NCBI GenBank assembly: GCA_020073165.1
Contig: JAIQFP010000026.1
Location: 1 to 24,000 of the forward strand
Source of the DNA: Terriglobia bacterium
GTDB lineage: Bacteria; Acidobacteriota; Terriglobia; Terriglobales; Acidobacteriaceae
Direction of reading: 5' to 3'
Length of the DNA: 24,000 nucleotides
In this document: positions 16,613 to 24,000 of the stretch, piece after piece
Numbering within the stretch: the stretch's first letter is position 1
Layout of the letters: every line of letters starts with the position of its first letter
The notes under the pieces: generated by a model
What the model saw: the letters and a program-made list of their open reading frames with translations, nothing else
Database searches by the model: none
What the model was told of the DNA's origin: nothing
Made by a program: the position numbers and the translations under genes

Positions 16613-17242
16613 GTGACCATCGACGAAGAACTGACGCTGCTCGAGACCCAACTGCGCCGGCTGAAGATCGAGTACGAGATCTATTTCAATAACCCGACTA
16701 AGAAGCCGCCCACCGACATCGAGTGGAAGGTCCTGAGCCTGCTGCGCAAGTTCAGCGATAGCAGCCGGCTGAGCTTCTCCCATCGCTTCCGCTATAACGA
16801 ACTGGCGCAGCGCTACGCTATTTACAGCGACTTGTGGCGCAAGAAAAGCCGCATCCGCGAAGAGGGCTACCGCCGTCCCCAAGATGCGTTGCTCTCGATC
16901 CAGGGTCTGCGCCCCGAAGAACACCAACCGGAACACAAAGCCTACGGAGTTGGGCAGGGCGGTGCCGCGGCGGCGACGGCACCCGCAACCGAGGAGCACC
17001 CCTTCACCGTGGAATGCTCGGATGCGCGCGCCGAACACGACCAAGTGGAAAAACTCTACAAAGTGCTCACGGAAGCCAAGAAGAAGGCAGGCGAGCCCCT
17101 GTCCGGGAATATCGACAGCTTCACCACATTCGTCCAGAAAAAGACCGCTCAGCTTCGCAAGCAATATCACTGCGCGACGGTGGAATACACCGTCGAGGTG
17201 CAGCATGGCCACGTCAAGCTGAAAGCCAAGGCCAAAACCTAG
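16613..17242 (+). CDS. conserved-looking hypothetical protein (209 aa), two helical/charged modules joined by an Ala/Gly-rich linker
   Basis: GTG start with GGAGAA 6 nt upstream. Good coding bias. The N-terminal LLETQLRRLKIEYEIYFNN...RFRYNELAQRYAIYSDLWRKK and the C-terminal VEYTVEVQHGHVKLKAKAKT look like folded modules. I cannot name the family with confidence. Confidence 0.65.
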   Translation: MTIDEELTLLETQLRRLKIEYEIYFNNPTKKPPTDIEWKVLSLLRKFSDSSRLSFSHRFRYNELAQRYAIYSDLWRKKSRIREEGYRRPQDALLSIQGLRPEEHQPEHKAYGVGQGGAAAATAPATEEHPFTVECSDARAEHDQVEKLYKVLTEAKKKAGEPLSGNIDSFTTFVQKKTAQLRKQYHCATVEYTVEVQHGHVKLKAKAKT

Positions 17243-17431
17243 TCGACGGTCGTCAGCTACTGCTCCTCCGCCATCCGTTCCTCGGGGCCCTAAAATGCCA
17301 CCCTTAGAGAAGCACCTGGCTGCGTCTTGGGCACGTGCGGACGTTCTGTGATCCCCGTCACCCCACCACAGCCCCTGTTGCTGGTAAAATTTCCAGTCCC
17401 GGGATTCATCCTTCCTCCTGCGAGGCCTGTG

Positions 17432-18988
17432 ATGTCGAAAATTCAGCGTGCCATTCTCAGCGTGACCGATAAGACCGGACTAGTGGACTTCGCCCGCAAG
17501 CTCTCCGGCATGGGAGTCGAACTGATCTCGACCGGAGGTACGGCCAAGCTGCTGCGCGACTCCGGCGTGAGCGTGAAAGATATTTCCGAACTCACCGGCT
17601 TCCCTGAAATGCTCGACGGCCGGGTCAAGACGCTGCATCCCAAGGTGCACGGCGGCATCCTGCACCGGCGCGAAAACCCGTCGCACCGCACGGCGGTGGC
17701 CGAGCACGGCATTCAGCCTATCGACATGGTGGTGGTGAACCTCTACGCCTTCGAGAAGACGGCAGCCAAGCCGGGCGTGCCCTTTGAAGAGCTGATTGAG
17801 AACATCGACATCGGCGGACCTTCGATGATCCGCTCCGCCGCCAAGAATTTCCAGGACGTGGCGGTCGTGACCTCACCCGCGGACTACAACGCCATCGCCG
17901 ATGAATTGGCCCGCTCCGGCGGCGAGCTCTCGGCGGCCACCAAGTGGCACTTGGCGCAGAAGGCGTTCGCGACCACGGCGGCCTATGATTCAGCCATCGC
18001 ATCGACCCTGGAGCGGGTGAGCGCCAATGGCCACTTCGAGTTTCATCCCGAAGGCGGCTTCCCGCAGACGCTGCGGCTCGCCTTTAACAAGGCCATGGAT
18101 CTGCGTTACGGCGAGAACCCCCATCAGAAAGCCGCAATGTACTCCGATGGGTCGGGAACCGGCGTGGCCAACGGGCGTCAACTCCAGGGCAAGGAGCTTT
18201 CTTATAACAACATCGTGGACCTGCAGGCGGCCTGGGACCTGGCGCAGGAATTCTCCGAGCCGGTCTGCGCCATCATCAAGCACACCAACCCCTGCGGCAC
18301 CGCGACCGGCAATACCCTGGTGGAAGCTTACAAAAAGGCGCTGGAGTGCGATCCCGTCTCTGCCTTCGGCGGCGTGATTGGCGTCAACCACCCGATCGAC
18401 GGCGAGACTGCCGAGGAAATGGCCAAGCTGTTTCTGGAAGTGATCGCCGCGCCGGCCTTCGACGAAGCCGCCAAGGCCAAGTTCGCCTCCAAGAAGAACC
18501 TGCGCCTCGTCGAAATCACGCATGTTCCGCCGAAGTGGGTGCTGAAGAATGTTTCCGGCGGGATCCTGGTGCAAGACGCCGACGTGCGCCCCCTCACCGA
18601 AACTGACCTCAAGGTGGTCACCAAGCGCCCACCCACACCGGAAGAGAAACGTGCCCTGCTGTTTGCCTGGAAGGTATGCAAGCACGTCAAGTCGAATGCG
18701 ATTCTTTACGCCCGCGACGGCCAGAGTGTGGGCGTCGGCGCCGGCCAGATGAGCCGCGTGGACTCCTGCAAGATCGGCGCCATGAAAGCCGTACTGCCGC
18801 TGAAAGGGACCGTCGCCGCCTCCGACGCCTTCTTCCCCTTCCCCGATGGGGTGGAGGAAATTGCCAAAGCCGGCGCCACTGCCATCATCCAGCCAGGCGG
18901 TTCGGTCCGCGATCAGGAGGTCATTGACACCGCTGACCGCCTGGGGCTGGCCATGATCTTTACCGGGGTGAGGCACTTCCGGCACTAA
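17432..18988 (+). CDS. purH: bifunctional AICAR transformylase / IMP cyclohydrolase
   Basis: [24 protein letters not shown] (MGS-like IMPCH domain), [12 protein letters not shown], and a C-terminal AICARFT domain ending [10 protein letters not shown] placed the start at ATG 17432 with GAGG 6 nt upstream. The 35-codon upstream extension in the track looks spurious. Confidence 0.93.
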   Translation: MSKIQRAILSVTDKTGLVDFARKLSGMGVELISTGGTAKLLRDSGVSVKDISELTGFPEMLDGRVKTLHPKVHGGILHRRENPSHRTAVAEHGIQPIDMVVVNLYAFEKTAAKPGVPFEELIENIDIGGPSMIRSAAKNFQDVAVVTSPADYNAIADELARSGGELSAATKWHLAQKAFATTAAYDSAIASTLERVSANGHFEFHPEGGFPQTLRLAFNKAMDLRYGENPHQKAAMYSDGSGTGVANGRQLQGKELSYNNIVDLQAAWDLAQEFSEPVCAIIKHTNPCGTATGNTLVEAYKKALECDPVSAFGGVIGVNHPIDGETAEEMAKLFLEVIAAPAFDEAAKAKFASKKNLRLVEITHVPPKWVLKNVSGGILVQDADVRPLTETDLKVVTKRPPTPEEKRALLFAWKVCKHVKSNAILYARDGQSVGVGAGQMSRVDSCKIGAMKAVLPLKGTVAASDAFFPFPDGVEEIAKAGATAIIQPGGSVRDQEVIDTADRLGLAMIFTGVRHFRH

Positions 18989-18994
18989 GCAATC

Positions 18995-19071
18995 TGCGAT
19001 TGCCAATTGCCGATTCCCAATTTCTGCCGCCGTTCACATTGGCAATTGAGAATTGTAAATTGACAATTCCG
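18995..19071 (+). repeat. inverted heptad-array hairpin B
   Basis: Left array TGCGATT GCCAATT GCCGATT CCCAATT (18995-19022), a 14-nt spacer, then right array CATTGGC AATTGAG AATTGTA AATTGAC AATTCCG (19037-19071). Each opposed unit pair can form 5 of 7 pairs (including G-U), leaving regular 2-nt internal loops. Confidence 0.55.
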
Positions 19072-19220
19072 GTGGTCCCTGTACCTCCGATCATTCCTTC
19101 CCCGGTTCCCGAGCGCCCTTTTTCACCGCCTTTTCGTGCCAAGGTTTACAATAATCCGAGCACCCGCCCGCAGCGGTTCGGCATCCAATCGCTATGGTTT
19201 TTGGGAACCCAAAGGTCCTC

Positions 19221-21293
19221 ATGAAGACTGTTTATCGCGTGTTGTTAGTGCTGTTGCTGGCCGTAGCCGCATTTGCCGAGCAGACTCCCGCTTCCAAGCC
19301 AGATGCGAAATCAGCTGCCCAGGCTTCTCCCCGTAAGGTGGACCGCGCTGCCGCCTACTACCACTACGCTCTGGCTCACATGTACGAGGAGCAGGTCGCG
19401 GTCTACGGCCGCAGCGATCTAGCCAACAAGGCGATTGAGGAATACCGCCAGGCGATCGACGCCGACCCCACCTCCGAGTACCTGACCTCGGGTCTGGCCG
19501 AGCTGTATGCCAAGACGGGACGCATCCGTGACGCGGTGCTCGAGGCCCAGGACATCCTCAAGAGAGACCCCAACAACCTGGAAGCCCACAAGCTGCTGGG
19601 CCGTATCTACCTGCGCTCTTTAGGTCCCGACGTTCAGGAGAACAGCAGCGGCTCACAGAATGTTCTCAAGCTCGCCATCGAGCAGTACGAACAGATTGTG
19701 AAGATCGAGCCTGACAGCGTGGATGACCACCTCCTGCTGGGCCGGCTCTATCGCCTGAACAACGATTTGCAGAAGGCGGAAAGTGAATTCAAGACCGCAA
19801 TCAAGCTGGAACCGGATTCGGAAGAGGCGATTACCACCCTTGCCTACCTCTACAACGAGGAAGGAGACAGCGCCCAAGCCGTCCAGGTGCTGAGCTCCAT
19901 CCCGGACTCCGGGCGTTCTGCCAAGTTGTATTCCGCGCTCGGCTACACCTACGAGCAGCAGAAGCAGTACAAGCAGGCCATCGAAGCGTACCGGCACGCC
20001 ATTGAGCTGGATCGCGACAACCTCGACGCCATCCGTGGGCTGGCCCAGAACCTGATGAACGATGGCCAGACCGACGCCGCCCTGGAGCAGTACAAGATCA
20101 TTGCCGACGCGAATCCTGAAGATGCGCAAACTTATCTGCGCATCGCCGAGATCTATCGCAAGGATGGCAAGTTTGACTTGGCCCTGGAGAACCTGAAGAA
20201 AGCTGAATCGATGGTGCAGGACTCGGTGGAGGTGCCCTACAACATTGCCGCCGTGTACCAGGCGCAGGGCCGCTATGACGAGGCTGCCCAGATCCTGCAG
20301 GACTTGCTCAAGAAGTCGGAAAAAACCGACAACAGCTACAGCCAGGGAGAACGCAACAACCGTGCCGTGTTTCTGGAGCGTCTGGGCACGATCTACAAGG
20401 ACAACGGCAACAGCCAGGCTGCGCTGGAAACCTTCCGCAAAATGCTGATCCTCGGCGACGAAAACGCCGTGCGCGGCTACCAGCAATTGATTGATACCTA
20501 TCGCGAGGCCAAGCAGTGGCAGCAGGCCACTGATGCCGCCCGGGAAGCCACACAGAAGTTGCCCAAGGACCGCGGTTTGAAGATGGTTTATGCGGCACAA
20601 CTGGCGGACATGGGCCAGCCCGATGCCGGCTTGGAACAGGTCAAGTCGCTGCTGAAGGGCGCTCCCGAGGACCGTGAGGTGTACATCACCCTTGCGCAGA
20701 TGTACAGTCGCCTCAAACGGTGGCCCGACGCAGAAGCCGCTTTGGACAAAGCCGAGCAGCTCTCCACCAAGGAGGACGACAAGGAGTACGTGGACTTCCT
20801 GCGCGGCTCCACGCTCGAGCGCCAGAAGAAATACGAGCCTGCGGAAGAGATGTTCCGCAAAGTTCTGGTCGCCGACCCCCAGAATGCTACGGCACTCAAT
20901 TATCTGGGCTACATGCTGGCTGACCGGGGCGTTAAGCTCGATGAGGCGCTGAACTTCATCAAGAAAGCGGTTGATCTGGACCCCGCCAACGGCGCGTATT
21001 TGGATTCGCTGGGATGGGCTTACTTCAAGCTGGGCAAATACGACTTGGCGGAAGAGAACCTGATCAAGGCTTCGCAGCGGATTGGCACCGATCCCACCGT
21101 GCAGAACCACCTGGGTGATCTATACCAGAGAACCGGTCGCCTGAAACTCGCGGCGGCACACTGGGAGCGGGCCGTCGAGGAATGGAATAAGACGGTCGCA
21201 GCCGAGGTGGACACCGCGGAGTTCGCCCAGTGCCAGAAAAAACTCGAGTCCGCCAAGATGAAATTGGCCAAGGAAGACCCAGACAACAAGTAG
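19221..21293 (+). CDS. secreted tetratricopeptide (TPR) repeat protein, 690 aa
   Basis: Signal peptide MKTVYRVLLVLLLAVAAFAEQ, then many 34-aa TPR units (for example AIEEYRQAIDADP, AESEFKTAIKLEPD, AIEAYRHAIELDRDN, ALNFIKKAVDLDPAN). AAAGG lies upstream of ATG 19221. Confidence 0.85.
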   Translation: MKTVYRVLLVLLLAVAAFAEQTPASKPDAKSAAQASPRKVDRAAAYYHYALAHMYEEQVAVYGRSDLANKAIEEYRQAIDADPTSEYLTSGLAELYAKTGRIRDAVLEAQDILKRDPNNLEAHKLLGRIYLRSLGPDVQENSSGSQNVLKLAIEQYEQIVKIEPDSVDDHLLLGRLYRLNNDLQKAESEFKTAIKLEPDSEEAITTLAYLYNEEGDSAQAVQVLSSIPDSGRSAKLYSALGYTYEQQKQYKQAIEAYRHAIELDRDNLDAIRGLAQNLMNDGQTDAALEQYKIIADANPEDAQTYLRIAEIYRKDGKFDLALENLKKAESMVQDSVEVPYNIAAVYQAQGRYDEAAQILQDLLKKSEKTDNSYSQGERNNRAVFLERLGTIYKDNGNSQAALETFRKMLILGDENAVRGYQQLIDTYREAKQWQQATDAAREATQKLPKDRGLKMVYAAQLADMGQPDAGLEQVKSLLKGAPEDREVYITLAQMYSRLKRWPDAEAALDKAEQLSTKEDDKEYVDFLRGSTLERQKKYEPAEEMFRKVLVADPQNATALNYLGYMLADRGVKLDEALNFIKKAVDLDPANGAYLDSLGWAYFKLGKYDLAEENLIKASQRIGTDPTVQNHLGDLYQRTGRLKLAAAHWERAVEEWNKTVAAEVDTAEFAQCQKKLESAKMKLAKEDPDNK

Positions 21294-21339
21294 CTGGTAC
21301 CCGGCACAACCCACGTGGAACCGTGCGCTTCACCCCGAC

Positions 21340-21366
21340 GGCCGAGCCAAGCTCGGCCTTCTTTTT
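21340..21366 (+). terminator. Rho-independent terminator of the TPR gene
   Basis: GGCCGAGC-CAA-GCTCGGCC, a perfect 8-bp GC stem, immediately followed by TTCTTTTT. Confidence 0.75.
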
Positions 21367-21382
21367 GCCCTGGAGACGACCC

Positions 21383-21853
21383 ATGGGTCTCGACATCTTG
21401 ATCCGCGAAGCCACCCTGGATGACATCCCGGAAATCCTCCGCCATCGCCGCTGCATGTACGAAGACATGGATTACCGAGAGCCGCAGCCTCTGGCTGCCA
21501 TGGTCGCCACTTCGGAGCAGTACCTGGCGCAGGCGCTCGCCAACCGTTCATTCCGGGCGTGGTTCGCGTTGGCCGGAATGCGGGTCGTCGGGGGAGGAGC
21601 AGTTCTAATCAGCCCATGGCCCAGCCATCCCTATGATCTGGAATGCCGCCGGGCCACGATCCTCAACCTGTATGTTTATCCGCAGTTTCGCCGCCAGGGA
21701 GTTGCACGCCGACTCATGCAGGCGATGATCGAGTGGTGCCGGAGCCAGGACTTCGCAACCGTCTCTCTGCATGCCAGCGCCGACGGGCGGCATCTCTACG
21801 AAGCCCTCGGCTTCAAACCCACCAACGAAATGCGCCTTGCACTCAAACCGTAA
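21383..21853 (+). CDS. GNAT family N-acetyltransferase
   Basis: LDILIREATLDDIPEIL..., then YVYPQFRRQGVARRLMQAMIEW (acetyl-CoA motif) and LYEALGFKPT. I placed the start at ATG 21383 with GGAGA upstream. The longer track ORF overlaps the TPR gene and the terminator. Confidence 0.85.
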   Translation: MGLDILIREATLDDIPEILRHRRCMYEDMDYREPQPLAAMVATSEQYLAQALANRSFRAWFALAGMRVVGGGAVLISPWPSHPYDLECRRATILNLYVYPQFRRQGVARRLMQAMIEWCRSQDFATVSLHASADGRHLYEALGFKPTNEMRLALKP

Positions 21854-21854
21854 C

Positions 21855-21981
21855 CAGTTGCGAGTACCGAGTACCGAGTAAAGGCACTTCGGCGATGCCC
21901 TTTGAATTTGGAATGAAGGGGGGATCTCCGTACTCAGGGCCGCTAACAACTCGGTACTCGCAACTCGGTACTCGGTACTGC
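21855..21981 (+). repeat. inverted heptad-array hairpin C (best-paired copy)
   Basis: Left array CAGTTGC GAGTACC GAGTACC GAGTAAA (21855-21882). Right array CAACTCG GTACTCG CAACTCG GTACTCG GTACTGC (21947-21981). 21856-21871 (AGTTGCGAGTACCGAG) is a perfect 16-nt reverse complement of 21950-21965. The element starts 1 nt after the GNAT stop and ends 12 nt before the dgt-like ATG. Confidence 0.65.
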
Positions 21982-21993
21982 TAGACTTTCCTC

Positions 21994-23109
21994 ATGCTCG
22001 CCGACTACGCGGTGCGGGTGGAGGAATCCCGCGGACGCCGTTTTCCCGAGCCCCTGCATCCCTACCGCAACGATTTCCAGCGTGACCGCGATCGTGTCAT
22101 TCATTCGCGGGCGTTTCGCCGCCTGGAAGACAAGACCCAGGTTTTTACCCGGCGCTTCTCCGATCATTTTCGCAATCGCCTGACCCACACCATCGAAGTG
22201 TCGCAGATTGCGCGCACCGTCGCCGCGCAACTCGGCCTGAATGTGGACCTGGTTGAAGCCCTGGCTCTGGCTCACGATGTTGGCCACCCGCCCTTCGGCC
22301 ATGCTGGAGAAAAGGCGCTGGATGCGGCCATGCGCGTGCACGGCTTCTTCTTCGATCACAACCTGCATGCCCTGCGCATCGTGGAAGACTTCGAGCAGCG
22401 CTATGCGGCGTTTCGCGGACTGAACCTGACCTTTGAAGTCCGCGAAGGCATCGTCAAGCACTCCCGCGACTACCCCGCCAGCCAGTTTCCGGAGTTGGCA
22501 GAATACCTGCTCGACCGCCGCCCCCCGCTCGAAGCCCAACTCATCGACCTGGCTGACGAAATTGCTTACAACACCGCCGATCTCGACGACGGGTACGAAG
22601 CCCATTTGCTTTCGCTCGACGAGATCCGGCAAGGCGTGCCCGTGTTCGGCCGCTTCTATCACGAAGCCGAGCAGACCTATCCCGACGCGATTGAAAAGCT
22701 GAAGTTGAACGAAGCTATCAAGCGTGTGCTCGACCTGCTGGTGGGAGATCTGATCCAGAACACCCAGGCGCAAATCATCGCCGCCGGGATCAAGCGCCTG
22801 GAGGATGTGCGTAGCTGCCCGCAACGGCTGGTGGCTTTCAGCCCAACCGTGGAGCAGGCCCGGCGCGAAGCCAAAGACTTTCTCTACTCCCGGCTCTATT
22901 ACAGCGCCGCGCTCGACCCGGAAAAAAACGACGCCGAGCGCATCATCGGCGAACTGTTCACTCTCTGGACCAAGCAGCCGGACCAATTGCCCTACAGCTA
23001 CCGGGAGAAGGCCCGGCAGGAACCGCTGCCCCGCGTGGTCTGCGATTACATCGCGGGCATGACCGACACCTACATCTACGAGCAGTATGAAAAATGCTGC
23101 GGAAAGTGA
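21994..23109 (+). CDS. deoxyguanosinetriphosphate triphosphohydrolase-like HD-domain protein
   Basis: YRNDFQRDRDRVIHSRAFRRLEDKTQVF, RLTHTIEVSQIAR and LAHDVGHPPFGHAGE form the dGTPase-like HD signature. 371 aa. No SD is visible upstream. Confidence 0.9.
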   Translation: MLADYAVRVEESRGRRFPEPLHPYRNDFQRDRDRVIHSRAFRRLEDKTQVFTRRFSDHFRNRLTHTIEVSQIARTVAAQLGLNVDLVEALALAHDVGHPPFGHAGEKALDAAMRVHGFFFDHNLHALRIVEDFEQRYAAFRGLNLTFEVREGIVKHSRDYPASQFPELAEYLLDRRPPLEAQLIDLADEIAYNTADLDDGYEAHLLSLDEIRQGVPVFGRFYHEAEQTYPDAIEKLKLNEAIKRVLDLLVGDLIQNTQAQIIAAGIKRLEDVRSCPQRLVAFSPTVEQARREAKDFLYSRLYYSAALDPEKNDAERIIGELFTLWTKQPDQLPYSYREKARQEPLPRVVCDYIAGMTDTYIYEQYEKCCGK

Positions 23110-23216
23110 CTCTCCCCCAGCCGCCAAAACCCCATGGTTTGTTCCCATCTAGGCACACCACTCGCCCGGGAAAGCGAGCTACCACAATGGTCCCGCTTGC
23201 TTTGACGCCAGCCGCG

Positions 23217-23238
23217 GTTCAGCATAAGTTCAGCGTAA
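23217..23238 (+). repeat. tandem 11-bp direct repeat GTTCAGCATAA / GTTCAGCGTAA upstream of the kinase gene
   Basis: Two adjacent 11-mers identical at 10 of 11 positions (a 7-bp core GTTCAGC plus a 4-bp spacer), ending 16 nt upstream of ATG 23255. Confidence 0.5.
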
Positions 23239-23254
23239 AGAGGCAATCCTCGGC

Positions 23255-24000
23255 ATGGTCGGCGCTACCATCTCTCATTACCGCGTTTTCGAGCAGATTG
23301 GCGCAGGCGGGATGGGTGTGGTGTACCGCGCTCGCGACCAACAGCTGGAACGCGATGTAGCCATCAAGGTGCTTCCCTCCGGCCTCCTTGCCGAGGAGAC
23401 TGCTCACCGTCGTTTTCGCAAGGAAGCCCTGTCCCTGGCTCGGCTCAATCATCCCAACGTCGCCACCGTGTATGAATTCGGCAACCACGAAGGCACCGAT
23501 TTCCTGGTCACGGAATACATCCCCGGGGAGACGCTCGATCAACGCCTCAGCGGGGGCGCTCTACCCTCCAAGGAGGTCATTGGTCTGGGGATACAGCTGG
23601 CACAGGGGTTAGCGGCCGCTCACGAGCAAGGGATTGTCCATCGCGATCTGAAGCCTGCCAACCTGCGCCTGACACCTGACGGACGCCTGAAGATTCTTGA
23701 CTTTGGCCTGGCGCAATTCATGCCACGGGCTAGCGGCCTCGGGCTCACGGCCACCATGACGCAGTCGCAGGAAGTTTCCGGCACGCTGCCTTACATGGCG
23801 CCGGAACAGTTGCGTGGTGAAGTATCCGATGCACGCAGCGACATCTGGGCAACCGGGGCTGTGCTCTACGAGATGGCCACCGGTCAACGGCCTTTCCCCG
23901 AGACCAATGGGCCTCTGCTCATCAACGCCATTCTCACCCGCACTCCGGAACCACCGCGCAAATTGAATCCGCAGGTTTCGCCCGGACTGGAGAGCGTCAT
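23255..24000 (+). CDS. Hanks-type serine/threonine protein kinase, N-terminal catalytic domain (partial, continues past the right edge)
   Basis: My own translation of this frame reads MVGATISHYRVFEQIGAGGMGVVYRARD...VAIKVL...HRDLKPANLRL...DFGLA...GTLPYMAPEQ...DIWATGAVLYEMATG. The frame is open to the window end and is absent from the ORF track because no stop codon is reached. An in-frame TAA at 23225 bounds the upstream side. Confidence 0.9.
   Translation, partial: MVGATISHYRVFEQIGAGGMGVVYRARDQQLERDVAIKVLPSGLLAEETAHRRFRKEALSLARLNHPNVATVYEFGNHEGTDFLVTEYIPGETLDQRLSGGALPSKEVIGLGIQLAQGLAAAHEQGIVHRDLKPANLRLTPDGRLKILDFGLAQFMPRASGLGLTATMTQSQEVSGTLPYMAPEQLRGEVSDARSDIWATGAVLYEMATGQRPFPETNGPLLINAILTRTPEPPRKLNPQVSPGLESV

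Noticed and set aside
17243-17431. Possible ZTP (pfl) or purine riboswitch in the purH leader, and likewise in the purM leader at 7358-7542
   Set aside because: I looked for the conserved ZTP elements as I recall them (a UGACUGGCG-like 5' part and a CCGCCUGGGC 3' part) and for the purine-riboswitch junction sequences. Neither is present in either leader. A covariance-model scan would be needed for full certainty.
17990-19006. 338-aa minus-strand ORF
   Set aside because: It is antisense to purH, a high-confidence call. Long-ORF artefact of GC-rich sequence.
19060-19065. Consensus TTGACA inside heptad element B as a -35 box
   Set aside because: No -10-like hexamer lies 16-19 nt downstream (the sequence there is ACCTCC). 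The hexamer is simply one of the AATTGAC heptad units.
19653-21110. 485-aa minus-strand ORF
   Set aside because: It lies fully antisense to the TPR gene, which has unmistakable 34-aa repeats. The antisense translation is low-complexity (L/V/G/Q-rich).
16423-21981. CRISPR array as the explanation for the short tandem repeats
   Set aside because: The units are 7 nt, directly abutting with no spacers, and there are only 3-5 copies per array. No cas genes are in the window.
21943-23148. 401-aa minus-strand ORF
   Set aside because: It is antisense to the dGTPase-like gene, which carries an intact HD signature. The antisense product has no recognisable motif.

Overview
High-GC (roughly 60%) bacterial chromosomal segment. 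The protein styles (glycine-rich TonB, a large secreted TPR protein, a Pat-like acyl-CoA synthetase/GNAT fusion, a Hanks-type Ser/Thr kinase) suggest an Acidobacteriota-like soil bacterium, but this is inference only because no database search was possible. About 24 coding regions can be supported, and most are housekeeping: apt, acyP, efp, purM, purH, fabG, a long ThyX-like protein, a dGTPase-like HD protein, a CPA2-type cation/proton antiporter, two small GNATs and a dienelactone hydrolase. The left edge carries the 5' end of an IS5/IS1182-type transposase gene that runs out of the window, followed by two small orphan ORFs. I found no rRNA, tRNA, CRISPR array or recognisable riboswitch, and no multi-gene defence or biosynthetic cluster. 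The least explained signal is non-coding. Three co-directional gene junctions (16423-16521, 18995-19071, 21855-21981) each hold a hairpin whose arms are tandem 7-nt units, with the downstream array complementary to the upstream one. The unit sequence differs completely between the three loci. Smaller signals are a ThyX-like protein whose signature motif appears split between its two halves, a 14-bp perfect palindrome upstream of the hydrolase gene, an 11-bp-phased direct repeat just upstream of the kinase gene, and GTAG-headed palindromes at two gene ends. All product calls rest on motifs I recognised in the supplied translations. Start codons were chosen from Shine-Dalgarno context and signal-peptide logic and remain uncertain.
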